Shown here piece by piece: positions 16,148 to 25,761 of a DNA stretch of 32,000 bases (the stretch's first letter is position 1; the number at the start of each line of letters is the position of its first letter). The notes under the pieces were generated by a model. It did no database searches, was not told the origin of the DNA, and saw only the letters and a program-made list of their open reading frames with translations. The translations under genes were made by a program, and so were the position numbers. Where the stretch lies: assembly GCF_018336915.1 (NCBI RefSeq), contig NZ_CP064923.1, positions 2,640,001-2,672,000 of the forward strand. The letters run 5' to 3'. This DNA is from Acaryochloris marina S15 (GTDB lineage Bacteria > Cyanobacteriota > Cyanobacteriia > Thermosynechococcales > Thermosynechococcaceae).

Positions 16148-18802
16148 GTGGGTACATTTTATACTATGAATACAAGCTTTAACTCCGACTCGTCGATATC
16201 AAAACTAGAACCTCTAGAGAAGAAAAAACAATCTAGTGAGACGAATTTGTGGACATCTATCCGTAATATTATTGCACTACAGAATCAAGCGCCTGAACTT
16301 AAAAAGCTATCAAGTGGCCTTACTGCACCAACCTCTTTTAATCAAGAGAGACTTTTGCTTTTAGATAAGCTTAGGCCAAATAGTATTGTTTATAATATAC
16401 CATTCGCATTTCGCATTTTTGGAGACCTTGATATATCTACCTTAGAGAAGTCTATACAAGTCCCAATTTATCGACATGAGGTTTTGCGAACTACTCTACT
16501 TCAGGATGATTATGGTGTCACTATTCAACATATTCATCCAATGCCTGAAAATACGCTATCTATTCAAGATCTACATATGCTCAATGAACTTGAACAAGAT
16601 ATGTTGATTGATAATTTTGTAAGGGAAGTTGTAGAGACTCCCTTCAATCTTGATAAAGGCCCACTAATTCGAGCAAATCTTCTCAAAGTCTCATCTCAAG
16701 ATTTTATTTTAGTTCTAACGATCCATCACGCTATATTTGATGGTTGGTCTGAAGGCATTTTGTTTGATGAAATATCCAAAGCTTATAAGACTTACTATGC
16801 TAGAGAAGATTTACAGCTGGATAGAATTCCGATTCAATATTCTGATTACTCCATTTGGCAACGCCAGTGGATAACAGGTGATTTTCATCAGGTCCTTACT
16901 AACTATTGGAAGACTACTTTAGATGAGTCTTTGAGAAGATTAGACTTACCGGTTGATATCTCAGCAATTAAAGCTAACCAATCTCAACGTAGTGCTTGCG
17001 AGAAGTTGTATCTAAATTCACAAATCACAAATTCTTTAAAAGAACTATCTTGCCAACAAAAAACAACTCTTTTTTGTGTACTTTTATCTGCTTTTTATGT
17101 TCTTTTATATCACTATACTGGGCAATCGGATCTTGCTGTTTGTACACCCACAGCGAGTCGTAATCGAAGTGAATTAAAGGGAATGATTGGTTACTTTGTT
17201 AACCTATTAGTGCTACGCAATGATTTATCTTACAAGCCATCATTCAGGCAATTAATTGAACGTGCTAAACAGGTTATATCTGGTGCAATAGCTCACCAAG
17301 ATTTGCCCGCGCAGGACTTGCTAAATTGTATTGCGGGAGATCAGATGGTAATGTCCCAGGTTTTGTTTGTGCTACAGAATACTCCACAGAAATCACTCTT
17401 ATTGCCAGATCTTGAGGTTCAGCGATTTGAAGTTGATAATGGTATAGCCGATTTTGATTTGTTTCTTTCTTTGATGGATGATGCAGGATCAATTAAGGGG
17501 ATACTTAAGTACAATGCAGATCTTTTTGAAGCTAATTCAGTACTTAAAATGCTTCAACACTATAAAGAGATTCTATCAAAAGCGATTGTAAATCCTGATA
17601 GTTCTATCGACAACTTATTGAAGCTATCAGTTTATGAAAAACGAGAACTTACTGCTAAACGTCATCAGGAAAAGCGTCTATCATCAGTTAAAACTCAGGA
17701 GAAAGTCCAGTTTGTTACACCTCGTAATGAGACGGAGAGAAAACTGCAAAATATTTGGCAGATAGCCTTAAATATTCAGCCTATTAGTATAACTGATAAT
17801 TTCTTTGATTTAGGAGGAAAGTCTCTTGCAGCAGTTAAACTTTTTAGTCAGATTGAAAAAACCTTTGGTAAGAAGCTACTGTTCAGTGATATTTTTAAAT
17901 CTCCCACAATCGAGAAACTGGCTATAAAACTTAAAGAGGAAGAAACTATAGGCTATAAGAAATCGCTTGTGGCAATTAATTGTGAAGGGTCCAAACCCCC
18001 ACTTTTTTGTATTCACTCAGTTGAGCCAAGTATTTTACACTATCGCTATATTTCTAACTATTTAGATACCGATCAACCGTTTTATGCTCTTCAGCCTCCT
18101 GCATTGTGTTCCAGTGATGAGATCCTGTTTGCTTCTATTGAAGAGATGGCGCTTTACTATGCTAATGAAATTCAAAAGTTTCAACCTCAAGGCCCTTACT
18201 TTCTTACCGGACATTCAATGGGAGGAGTGATTGCTTACGAGGTTGCTTGTAAGCTCCAAGGAAAAGGGGAAGAAGTTGCCTTCCTCGGTCTTATTGACAG
18301 CTTTGCACCTCAGTACCATAAGCATGATACATCTAGCACCAAAATCTTCTATCAGCTTTTTATCCATTGTCGCAATATAATACGAGTCTCCCCTAAACGG
18401 AAGATAGGGTACATTATAGAGCGGTTGAAATACGTGATTCCAAACTCTATATGGAGTATACTAAATAAACAATCAATATTTGAGATAATTGACATATCAG
18501 TCCACAATGAGTTAACTGATATATACCAAAATCTTCCTATTTATAAGAAAATTAAGCAGGCACATTATAAGGCTTATAAAAAATATATCCCAACTCATTT
18601 ATACTCTGGTAGCATATTTTTATATCGTGCCACTGAGCGACCTACTACGATTCGTTATTATTCAGCCCTAGGCTGGGAAAAATATCTCTCTGAGAACATA
18701 GAAATTATAGAAGTTCCTGGAAATCATAATGCAATAGTTCATGAACCTTATGTCAAAGTTTTGGCTAGAAAAATTCAGAAATCTATTGATAAACAGCTGT
18801 AA
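16148..18802 (+). CDS. NRPS-like condensation / thiolation / thioesterase (C-T-TE) protein without an adenylation domain
   Basis: C domain: SFNQERLLLLDKL (C1) and IHHAIFDGWS (HHxxxDG). T domain: FFDLGGKSLAAVKL. TE domain: PLFCIHS, GHSMGG, LIDSF and VPGNHNAIV. No A-domain core motifs occur between C and T. The start is either GTG 16148 or ATG 16166. Confidence 0.9.
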   Translation: MGTFYTMNTSFNSDSSISKLEPLEKKKQSSETNLWTSIRNIIALQNQAPELKKLSSGLTAPTSFNQERLLLLDKLRPNSIVYNIPFAFRIFGDLDISTLEKSIQVPIYRHEVLRTTLLQDDYGVTIQHIHPMPENTLSIQDLHMLNELEQDMLIDNFVREVVETPFNLDKGPLIRANLLKVSSQDFILVLTIHHAIFDGWSEGILFDEISKAYKTYYAREDLQLDRIPIQYSDYSIWQRQWITGDFHQVLTNYWKTTLDESLRRLDLPVDISAIKANQSQRSACEKLYLNSQITNSLKELSCQQKTTLFCVLLSAFYVLLYHYTGQSDLAVCTPTASRNRSELKGMIGYFVNLLVLRNDLSYKPSFRQLIERAKQVISGAIAHQDLPAQDLLNCIAGDQMVMSQVLFVLQNTPQKSLLLPDLEVQRFEVDNGIADFDLFLSLMDDAGSIKGILKYNADLFEANSVLKMLQHYKEILSKAIVNPDSSIDNLLKLSVYEKRELTAKRHQEKRLSSVKTQEKVQFVTPRNETERKLQNIWQIALNIQPISITDNFFDLGGKSLAAVKLFSQIEKTFGKKLLFSDIFKSPTIEKLAIKLKEEETIGYKKSLVAINCEGSKPPLFCIHSVEPSILHYRYISNYLDTDQPFYALQPPALCSSDEILFASIEEMALYYANEIQKFQPQGPYFLTGHSMGGVIAYEVACKLQGKGEEVAFLGLIDSFAPQYHKHDTSSTKIFYQLFIHCRNIIRVSPKRKIGYIIERLKYVIPNSIWSILNKQSIFEIIDISVHNELTDIYQNLPIYKKIKQAHYKAYKKYIPTHLYSGSIFLYRATERPTTIRYYSALGWEKYLSENIEIIEVPGNHNAIVHEPYVKVLARKIQKSIDKQL

Positions 18803-18820
18803 GCGTAAAAATCACACATT
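18797..18820. repeat. Solo terminal repeat of the ISKra4-like element, overlapping the C-T-TE stop codon
   Basis: CTGTAAGCGTAAAAATCACACATT compares with CTGTAAGCGTAAATATCCTACATT at 18986..19009. The TAA stop (18800..18802) is part of the repeat. Confidence 0.65.
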
Positions 18821-18987
18821 CAACTGGTTTCGGGTTTTTATCTAGCTGACCTAAAATATTGGCTGTTAACCCCAATATGAACACCTGAAAAAGATTGAAC
18901 AGGTAATTGCATCGCCTCACTTTGAGAATTCACCTTATAGTTCCCAACTGATTTCGGGTGTCGGGTAGAGAGGACTCCTTCGAAACT

Positions 18988-20454
18988 GTAAGCGTAAATA
19001 TCCTACATTAAAAGCCTAATTCTCAAGCAGCTTTTTCTTCTTCAGGAAGAACTAAATCTAGCCAATTATCACTCCATTCATTACTGATCATACTCGCCCT
19101 GATTTGCAAGACATTATGGGCACCTACCCGAGTCCATTGCATCTTCTGCTTCTTTTTATGGCGAGCATTAATGAGGGTGTCAATATGAGATTCTGCAACT
19201 TGACTGGTATAAGCTAGCCCCGCTTTATCTCGCTCGTCATAATTGACAAGATATTCACTGTTATTCTTTAAGTAATCGTATAAGCCTTTGAGCTTTGTTT
19301 GCTTCTTCTCATCTGAAATGTTGTCTCGAAGCATGGCAATCTTCTGCAGAGCATCATCTACTTTTCCATGCCATAAACTCCCCTTCGCACTATCGAGGGA
19401 TTCTGCAAAGGTTTCACCCAGTGCATTGCTGACATTTCGGAATTTCTTGCCGATATGAAACCAGTCCAAGATCAGCTCTAATGCTTTGCAATGAGGCTCA
19501 AGAACTGAGATGACTGACCAGCAGTTGCTAGCACCATCGGCCAAGGCAGTGACCTGTGTCTCTTCTGTCATCCCTTGTTTAAGTGCCGCATGATGCAGAT
19601 AGGTCTTGATGGTTTGCAACTCATCCTCTAAGGCGGAAACAACACAAGTCTTTTCCGTAATTTGGCGATGATGTTTATCAACTACTTCAATGGCACTAGG
19701 ACGATAAACGATGCCAGATAAGGCTTCAAAACTGCGCTTGTCTTTATCTTTGGTAGGAATATGACCCCCATCGACTTGAGCAATGAGTTCTGCTGCCGGG
19801 GTGGGTAACTCTTCTTGATCTGGAGGGGTAGTGTTCGCTTGAGATAAACGCTCACCGACTTGATTGGTCACGTTTTTGATTTGGACATGGTTATTCACAC
19901 TCCGGCGCTGAGCATTCAGCCGCTCCATATTATCCTGAGCTTCTCGATAGCTATGCAAGGCACCATTCTCACATTGCAGTTTTACTAAGTCAGGATGAGT
20001 ATCTGTGCCAAAGACGCTCAACACCGATGGCATACTTTGCCATCGACACTCAGGATTCTTGCACCGATGTTTTTGGATACGGAGTTTATGATCGCTGAAG
20101 ACGGCATGGAATGTAGATGGTTGAAAACCAAGCTTGCCTATTTTCCCACCACATTTGATGCACTGCGTAACTCCAGTATCGATGAGGGTAGATTGTTCGG
20201 ATAACAGAGCACTTTGGACTTTGGAAAGCAGAGAGATTTGTTCTTCGTGACGCAATCCTAGATCTAGAATAGATTCTGGTTGCTTGATGTCATAGATTTT
20301 TAGAGTGTCTCGTTTAACGACTTCCTGAGTGGTAACCGAAACTTTCTCCACAATCACTCTAAATTCGTAGTCCATCTCTCACCGTTACTCTCGAACCTCT
20401 GCAAGAGATAGAGTAACACTAAAAACTTGAATAATGTACAAAAATTACGCTTTC
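18988..20454 (-). mobile_element. ISKra4-like insertion sequence, apparently intact (copy 2, about 1.47 kb)
   Basis: Imperfect terminal inverted repeats: GTAAGCGTAAATATCCTACATTA (18988 onward) against the reverse complement of the right end, GAAAGCGTAATTTTTGTACATTA (ending 20454). It holds a single 450-aa ORF. I could not identify a clear target duplication. Confidence 0.75.
19023..20375 (-). CDS. ISKra4-family-like transposase (450 aa)
   Basis: An N-terminal Cys cluster (CIKCGGKIG...HRCKNPECRW) is followed by LADGASNCW, LDWFHIGKKF, LWHGKVDDAL and YTSQVAESHIDTLINARHKKKQKMQWTRVGAHNVLQIR. The family call is from memory and needs an ISfinder check. Confidence 0.8.
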   Translation of the reverse strand: MDYEFRVIVEKVSVTTQEVVKRDTLKIYDIKQPESILDLGLRHEEQISLLSKVQSALLSEQSTLIDTGVTQCIKCGGKIGKLGFQPSTFHAVFSDHKLRIQKHRCKNPECRWQSMPSVLSVFGTDTHPDLVKLQCENGALHSYREAQDNMERLNAQRRSVNNHVQIKNVTNQVGERLSQANTTPPDQEELPTPAAELIAQVDGGHIPTKDKDKRSFEALSGIVYRPSAIEVVDKHHRQITEKTCVVSALEDELQTIKTYLHHAALKQGMTEETQVTALADGASNCWSVISVLEPHCKALELILDWFHIGKKFRNVSNALGETFAESLDSAKGSLWHGKVDDALQKIAMLRDNISDEKKQTKLKGLYDYLKNNSEYLVNYDERDKAGLAYTSQVAESHIDTLINARHKKKQKMQWTRVGAHNVLQIRASMISNEWSDNWLDLVLPEEEKAA

Positions 20455-20577
20455 AATGGAGGGTGCTTTGGTACGGAAGGAATTGTCGGAGGAGTTCCAT
20501 AACCTTACCTGGTAAGGGTTGATCTCTCTATTCTCTAACTCTTATTTCAGCATCACCAAAAGAGGACAAGAGCCTTA

Positions 20578-21708
20578 TTACGACATCATTTGTCTTAACT
20601 TACTTACTATTTTTTTGGGCGAGACAAGGGCTGATAATTTATAGGCAATTTGACCACGACATAACCCTAAAGAAAATAGCGTTTCAGTTCGCTGTAAATA
20701 CTTCAACATCTTAGAAGACCGGGATGAAGGTTCTAGATTAGTAGTATTCTCCTGAGTCATATTAGGAGAAATTTGCATCCAAATCTCTGGAGAACTTGAC
20801 CAAGGAGAAGAAGATTTTGATGAACTCCCAAATTCCATATTCTCAACAGAAAATCCTGCTCTATTTGCGATTCGATACAATCCGTCAACAGAAAAGTTGT
20901 ATTTATGGGCAATGTGTAAATACATCAACAAATTACCAAGGGCAGGCAAATGCCCAAACTGATCAATACGACTGATATCAGGCACAATCAAAACGATCTT
21001 CCCATTGGGGGTGAGATACTGACGGATGTCTTGCAAGAACTGGAGCGGTTGATCAAGATGCTCAAAGACATGGTGTAGGTAGATTAAATCAAACTTTGCA
21101 TCTTTCTGTTCGGCGGGAAGGGCACTCAGATCGCCATAGTAGAGGTGTTTCACACCAAAGCGACGGCCAGCTTGTAATGCTGCAACATCATAATCACAGC
21201 CGATTGCATCATATCCCCGTTCCTGCATAAACTTGACGCTACCGCCCCCTCCGCAACCCACTTCACAAAGTCGACTTGCTGGTGTTAAGGAGTCGCTAAT
21301 GAATTGGAGTAGCTTCTCAGAGTAACTGCTTTGGCTAGCAATATAATCTCCATAATCTTCCGAGTCATCAACATCCATCGCATACATTTTTCGATACATG
21401 TTGGTATAGAAGTCAGCTAGGCTCTCTTCATCCAAATAGGGATCAAATCTTACCGTTCCACATCGATTACATACAACAGATGTTAGTGGAATCCCATATC
21501 TATCAATTTCGGAAACAATCACATCTTCTGAGTCATTAGCTTCGCAAGGACAGGCAGAATGCTGCAGTGTATAGGAATTATTGTCGATATTTAATTTTAT
21601 TTTATCTATGAAATTTTGCTGAGTCTTAGACACAGAAGGTTGATATGGGTTAAGGGAATCAAACTCATATCGAGGAGAAATAATTTGTCTTTCTAAAGTT
21701 GCATTCAT
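20578..21708 (-). CDS. Class I SAM-dependent methyltransferase with an N-terminal Cys4 zinc-ribbon-like region
   Basis: LCEVGCGGGGSVKFM is the SAM motif I (ExGxGxG). FDLIYLHHVFEHL and PNGKIVLIVPD are post-I motifs. CPCE...CNRCG lies upstream. Confidence 0.8.
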   Translation of the reverse strand: MNATLERQIISPRYEFDSLNPYQPSVSKTQQNFIDKIKLNIDNNSYTLQHSACPCEANDSEDVIVSEIDRYGIPLTSVVCNRCGTVRFDPYLDEESLADFYTNMYRKMYAMDVDDSEDYGDYIASQSSYSEKLLQFISDSLTPASRLCEVGCGGGGSVKFMQERGYDAIGCDYDVAALQAGRRFGVKHLYYGDLSALPAEQKDAKFDLIYLHHVFEHLDQPLQFLQDIRQYLTPNGKIVLIVPDISRIDQFGHLPALGNLLMYLHIAHKYNFSVDGLYRIANRAGFSVENMEFGSSSKSSSPWSSSPEIWMQISPNMTQENTTNLEPSSRSSKMLKYLQRTETLFSLGLCRGQIAYKLSALVSPKKIVSKLRQMMS

Positions 21709-21878
21709 AATCCAATACTTGATGAATAAGCCAGAGCGTTAGAATAAATACTAGTCGGCTAAAAATAACAACGAAGTAATCTAAGTCACAATAAATATCT
21801 GATCGTTCAAATAAAAAAATACATATATTTGAAATAATATGAATGCAGAGTTACTTTATTTTCTGAGGCGAATTACTG

Positions 21879-22817
21879 CTATAGCTCTTCGGATAAACGA
21901 TTGACAATATGATTCGCCCGAAGCAAAGAGCCAGATTGGTTTAGATGGTATTCACTATCAAAAAAATATTTCACCTGAAATGCCATTTCTTCAGGAGTAT
22001 CGATAAAATCAAGTTCAGAAGTGTTCTCAATCACTGAACTAATTTGATCAATAGCCTTAGCATTATTTTTATATACATTTTCAGCTAGGGGCGGATAAGA
22101 AAAATATACTCGTGCACCATTTTCTTTTGCCACTCGATCAAATTTTTGGATAATTTTTAAAGAAGTTTGGATTGATCCATCAGTGACTTCCAAAGTACGC
22201 TTAATTTTAGAAATATCTCGCGGAGTTCCAGTATTTTCTGTCATATCCCCAGCTTGGTTAAAATTACTCCGTTTATATATGCTATTTAGTTCATAATTCT
22301 TGGTAAGAGTAGAAACAACATTTCGAATAACTCCTCCAAAATAAAGCTGTCCTTTATCTAACAGCACAGGTGCATAGTAGTAGGGAACAAACTTTACGTT
22401 TTGAACTCGATTATCAATCGTGTTAAACAGACGTTCTGGAATATCAGGTAAATGACTAGAGAAATTTTCATATTCCAATGAAACGACAGCAACATCACCC
22501 GGCCTCAATGCCTCCTCAACTTCATTGAGGGTATACTCAAGACCCAGTGCAGCATGAAGTCCCATATTGACGGGCCTACGCTGGAGATTACTGGCGATAA
22601 GCTGGGAATTTATCCCAAATGCAACGTTAGAGCCACCAACAAAAATAATTCTTGGCTTTTTTTGCTGCTTGAGAAGAGCATGCTTGTCGATGGTTGCCGC
22701 TAAATACTGTTTTTGAGCCAACTGATCGTGAGTCTGAATGTAGTAGAGCGTAATGGCAGCTAGCACAAGACATTGCAGAGAAGCAAACTTAAACAGTCTA
22801 ATCAAAAACTTATTCAT
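21879..22817 (-). CDS. Hypothetical membrane-anchored or exported protein
   Basis: The N-terminal hydrophobic segment FKFASLQCLVLAAITLYYI suggests a membrane anchor or signal. PRIIFVGGSNVAFGI faintly recalls block I of SGNH/DltD-like proteins, but I cannot support a family call. Confidence 0.55.
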   Translation of the reverse strand: MNKFLIRLFKFASLQCLVLAAITLYYIQTHDQLAQKQYLAATIDKHALLKQQKKPRIIFVGGSNVAFGINSQLIASNLQRRPVNMGLHAALGLEYTLNEVEEALRPGDVAVVSLEYENFSSHLPDIPERLFNTIDNRVQNVKFVPYYYAPVLLDKGQLYFGGVIRNVVSTLTKNYELNSIYKRSNFNQAGDMTENTGTPRDISKIKRTLEVTDGSIQTSLKIIQKFDRVAKENGARVYFSYPPLAENVYKNNAKAIDQISSVIENTSELDFIDTPEEMAFQVKYFFDSEYHLNQSGSLLRANHIVNRLSEEL

Positions 22818-23567
22818 GTCTCTTTAAGGTATCTATGGCAATAGGCAATAAAAGCTTAGGGTGACTAGCCAATTAATCTAGAAGAAGAGAGTGAACTCTA
22901 TCAGTTTAATTTTGACGACTCAATTCTAGATTCTCTATTTGGGGGTGTATAGTTAGCTCTGAGCTGATGTACAACCACTCTGAGTATCAATATAAATCTT
23001 ACGCCTATTTATTTTTTCACAATGTGATTAAGCTTACTTTTATCAACTCACAAGGTTTATTCCTTCAGTTTTTACGCCAGGAATCACTTCTCGATCAGAA
23101 GAACTGTAAATTTAGAACAACAAGGTTATCTACCCCAATATTTCGAAGAATTGATAGCTTTGCTAGTGGACTGCAAATCTTTGAATTATAGGGTACCGCT
23201 GACTCAACGAATCAGCTTGGTAATTACCCTTATCTAATGACTGGTCTCACTGTCAGTGCCAACTTAAAAATACTTAGAGATGCAGAATGAAGTCTTGCCA
23301 ATACTGGCAAGGTAAAAAAATCTTGAAATCCTATAAGCTAAGCGCCACCCTGTTTTAACTGATGTAGGAACTTACATCATCCGTTCTGGAAATTTTGCAG
23401 CCATTTCTAATATCATCATCTATGCAGACTCCTTTATAACAGGAGGGTCAAAGCATTTGTATCTAGAGCGTCCCATTCTCAGGTCGCCAGGTACAAAGCC
23501 CTGAGTTGATCACTAGCATCCGAATTGGCTGGTTTCACCTTCCTATAAGAAGTCTGTACTATTGCGA

Positions 23568-24746
23568 TTATTCAACCGCTGCCATTTGCAAAATGGCCCC
23601 TAACCCAGAACCCATTTCTGCAGGGGTGATTTTGCCATCATGATCTTGATCAAGGGCATCAAAAACTGCATCTGTACCTAACCATTCTTCGCGGGTGATA
23701 AAGCCATCACCGTCTAGATCGTAGCTATGAAAGATATCGGCTGTTGCTGTACTGACTTTAACGTCAGCTTCTAGTCGCACTAATCGGTTCACTAGAAGTT
23801 GTTCTAGTGTTTCCAGGGCTTTACTAAACCCCTTAATACCTTCTTCTAGTTTTTCCGAAGCCATACGATCTTCTGTATGCATTTTTTCGAAGTTCGTTTG
23901 GTTAATAGCTATCTTCTCTATCTCCATCCCTGCAGCTTTACTTGGATCGAGCTTTCGGGGCATGTCTTCAGTACTGTCTTGAAGCTGAGCCAGTAGCTTA
24001 GGTGAAATCGTAAGAAGATCGCATCCAGCTAGTTCCAGAATCTCGCCAGTATTGCGAAAGCTAGCCCCCATAACTTCAGTGGAGTATCCAAATTTTTTGT
24101 AGTAGTTATAAATCTCTGTAACAGACTGTACACCTGGATCTGCGACAGGAGAATACTCTTGTCCAGTCTCATTCTTGTACCAATCTAGAATTCGACCCAC
24201 AAATGGAGAGATTAAGGTAACGCCTGCTTCAGCACAGGCGATGGCTTGATGGAGACCGAACAGTAGCGTCAGATTGCAGTGAATGCCCTCTTTTTCCAAG
24301 ACTTCTGCGGCCTTAATACCTTCCCAAGTGGAAGCAATTTTGATCAAGATGCGCTCGCGATTAATTCCCGCTTTTTCATATTCAGAAATGAGGTAACGGC
24401 CTTTGGCAATTGTGGCCTCTGTATCGTAGGACAGCCGAGCATCAACTTCAGTTGAGACTCGCTGAGGAACAATTTCCAAAATCTTTTTACCAAAGGACAC
24501 TGCTAAGCGATCAAAGGCTAAGGAAGCAATGTCTGCATGAGTCGCACCAGAACCTGCATCTGCTTTGGCTTGCAGCAACGTTTCATCAACAATCTCTTGA
24601 TACTCAGGCATTTGTGCTGCTGCAGTGATCAGAGATGGGTTGGTAGTCGCATCACGAGGCGTAAACTGCTCAATCGCTTGAATATCACCAGTATCAGCAA
24701 CGACAACTGTAACCGCTTTGAGTTGGTCTAGTGCACTTTTGGACAT
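23568..24746 (-). CDS. tal: Transaldolase with a C-terminal pair of EF-hand Ca-binding loops
   Basis: The N-terminus reads [45 protein letters not shown], with [11 protein letters not shown] and [10 protein letters not shown] carrying the Schiff-base Lys context. The C-terminal extension holds [13 protein letters not shown] and [15 protein letters not shown] agga is present. Confidence 0.95.
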   Translation of the reverse strand: MSKSALDQLKAVTVVVADTGDIQAIEQFTPRDATTNPSLITAAAQMPEYQEIVDETLLQAKADAGSGATHADIASLAFDRLAVSFGKKILEIVPQRVSTEVDARLSYDTEATIAKGRYLISEYEKAGINRERILIKIASTWEGIKAAEVLEKEGIHCNLTLLFGLHQAIACAEAGVTLISPFVGRILDWYKNETGQEYSPVADPGVQSVTEIYNYYKKFGYSTEVMGASFRNTGEILELAGCDLLTISPKLLAQLQDSTEDMPRKLDPSKAAGMEIEKIAINQTNFEKMHTEDRMASEKLEEGIKGFSKALETLEQLLVNRLVRLEADVKVSTATADIFHSYDLDGDGFITREEWLGTDAVFDALDQDHDGKITPAEMGSGLGAILQMAAVE

Positions 24747-25094
24747 GACTGATTCCTGTAGTAATGGGTGATGCCTTTACAATGTAGCGTCGAAAAACTA
24801 GAGCCATCAATCCATTCAATCATTGGCTCAACATTTCGGATCTAGTCGTGAATAACAGACTTAACTTATTACACAATATTCACTCTAGATATGGATTAAT
24901 GCCATATGAACCTTATCTTGGAAAATTCTCAGAAGGCTCTGGATTCAACCTCAGTTTCCTATGACTTAATCAACATAGACATTCAAAGGTTGATGCACTC
25001 CTCACTCCAATTCTAGATGGATGAGTTATTTCGATGATGGTCGAATCCCTTCCTTATCAATGTCTAGCTCTGATATCAAAACGAAGGATTAACG

Positions 25095-25427
25095 ATGCCC
25101 TCTCTTCACTCTGCTATAGGTTCACTTGGTTTTTTGATTGCGATGAGTTCTGTCAGCCTCCCGGTCTGGGCAGCACCTCAGTCTATTAATACAGTCCCTT
25201 CTGCTTCGGGTTTGGGGGAACCCATCACAATTTCACCAACCCCGCCAATTGTTGAACCCACTCCTGCAACCAAACTCATTGAAGAAGTCAATTCTCAACT
25301 GGAAGGTACAGAAATTGCTCGCCGTCCTTCCCCTGAGCCAGACCCTTCTTTTAAGTGGCAGTCAGAGCTTCAGAATAATCAACGCCGCAGTGATCCAGGC
25401 TATCAATTCTTCCAGTCCAAGTTCTAA
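25095..25427 (+). CDS. Small secreted hypothetical protein (110 aa), Pro-rich
   Basis: A signal-peptide-like N-terminus (GFLIAMSSVSLPVWA|AP) is preceded by SD aagga. No recognisable domain. Confidence 0.5.
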   Translation: MPSLHSAIGSLGFLIAMSSVSLPVWAAPQSINTVPSASGLGEPITISPTPPIVEPTPATKLIEEVNSQLEGTEIARRPSPEPDPSFKWQSELQNNQRRSDPGYQFFQSKF

Positions 25428-25761
25428 ATTTCATCAGTAGGCAGCTCTAGGTTTCCAAATTTCTGAGGGGCGGATGTTGGCAGACTTTTGCAGCGCACCT
25501 ATGCAACTTATTTGCGATCGCAACTCCCCCCTCGCCCATCACCAACCGTAATAACCCAGAATTTTTAGGTCTGAGTCAATCTATCCGGCATCCATCAACC
25601 CAGCCAACCGATATCAGACCAAACTGTCAGAGGGCTGCATCATAGTCATCTAAGGGCTACCTTTGTATGATGTGAACTATAGCTCCAAAGCTATTTCAGG
25701 ATTCTGATGTTGTGTCCTTGATGGGATCTGAATCCTTGACTAAAACGGTGCTCTAATCAGG

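Noticed and set aside
9709-20454. An active composite transposon formed by the two ISKra4-like copies.
   Set aside because: Copy 1 is truncated after about 113 codons, the copies are only about 85% identical, and no shared outer target duplication was found. At best this is a fossil arrangement, and it is reported as such.
22818-23567. A tRNA or att site marking the island-core boundary, together with ORF 22967..23191.
   Set aside because: I could not fold any cloverleaf-like segment. Only short hairpins are present, for example CTTGCCA-ATAC-TGGCAAG at about 23295, with no T-tract in either orientation. The 74-aa ORF has no SD or motif.
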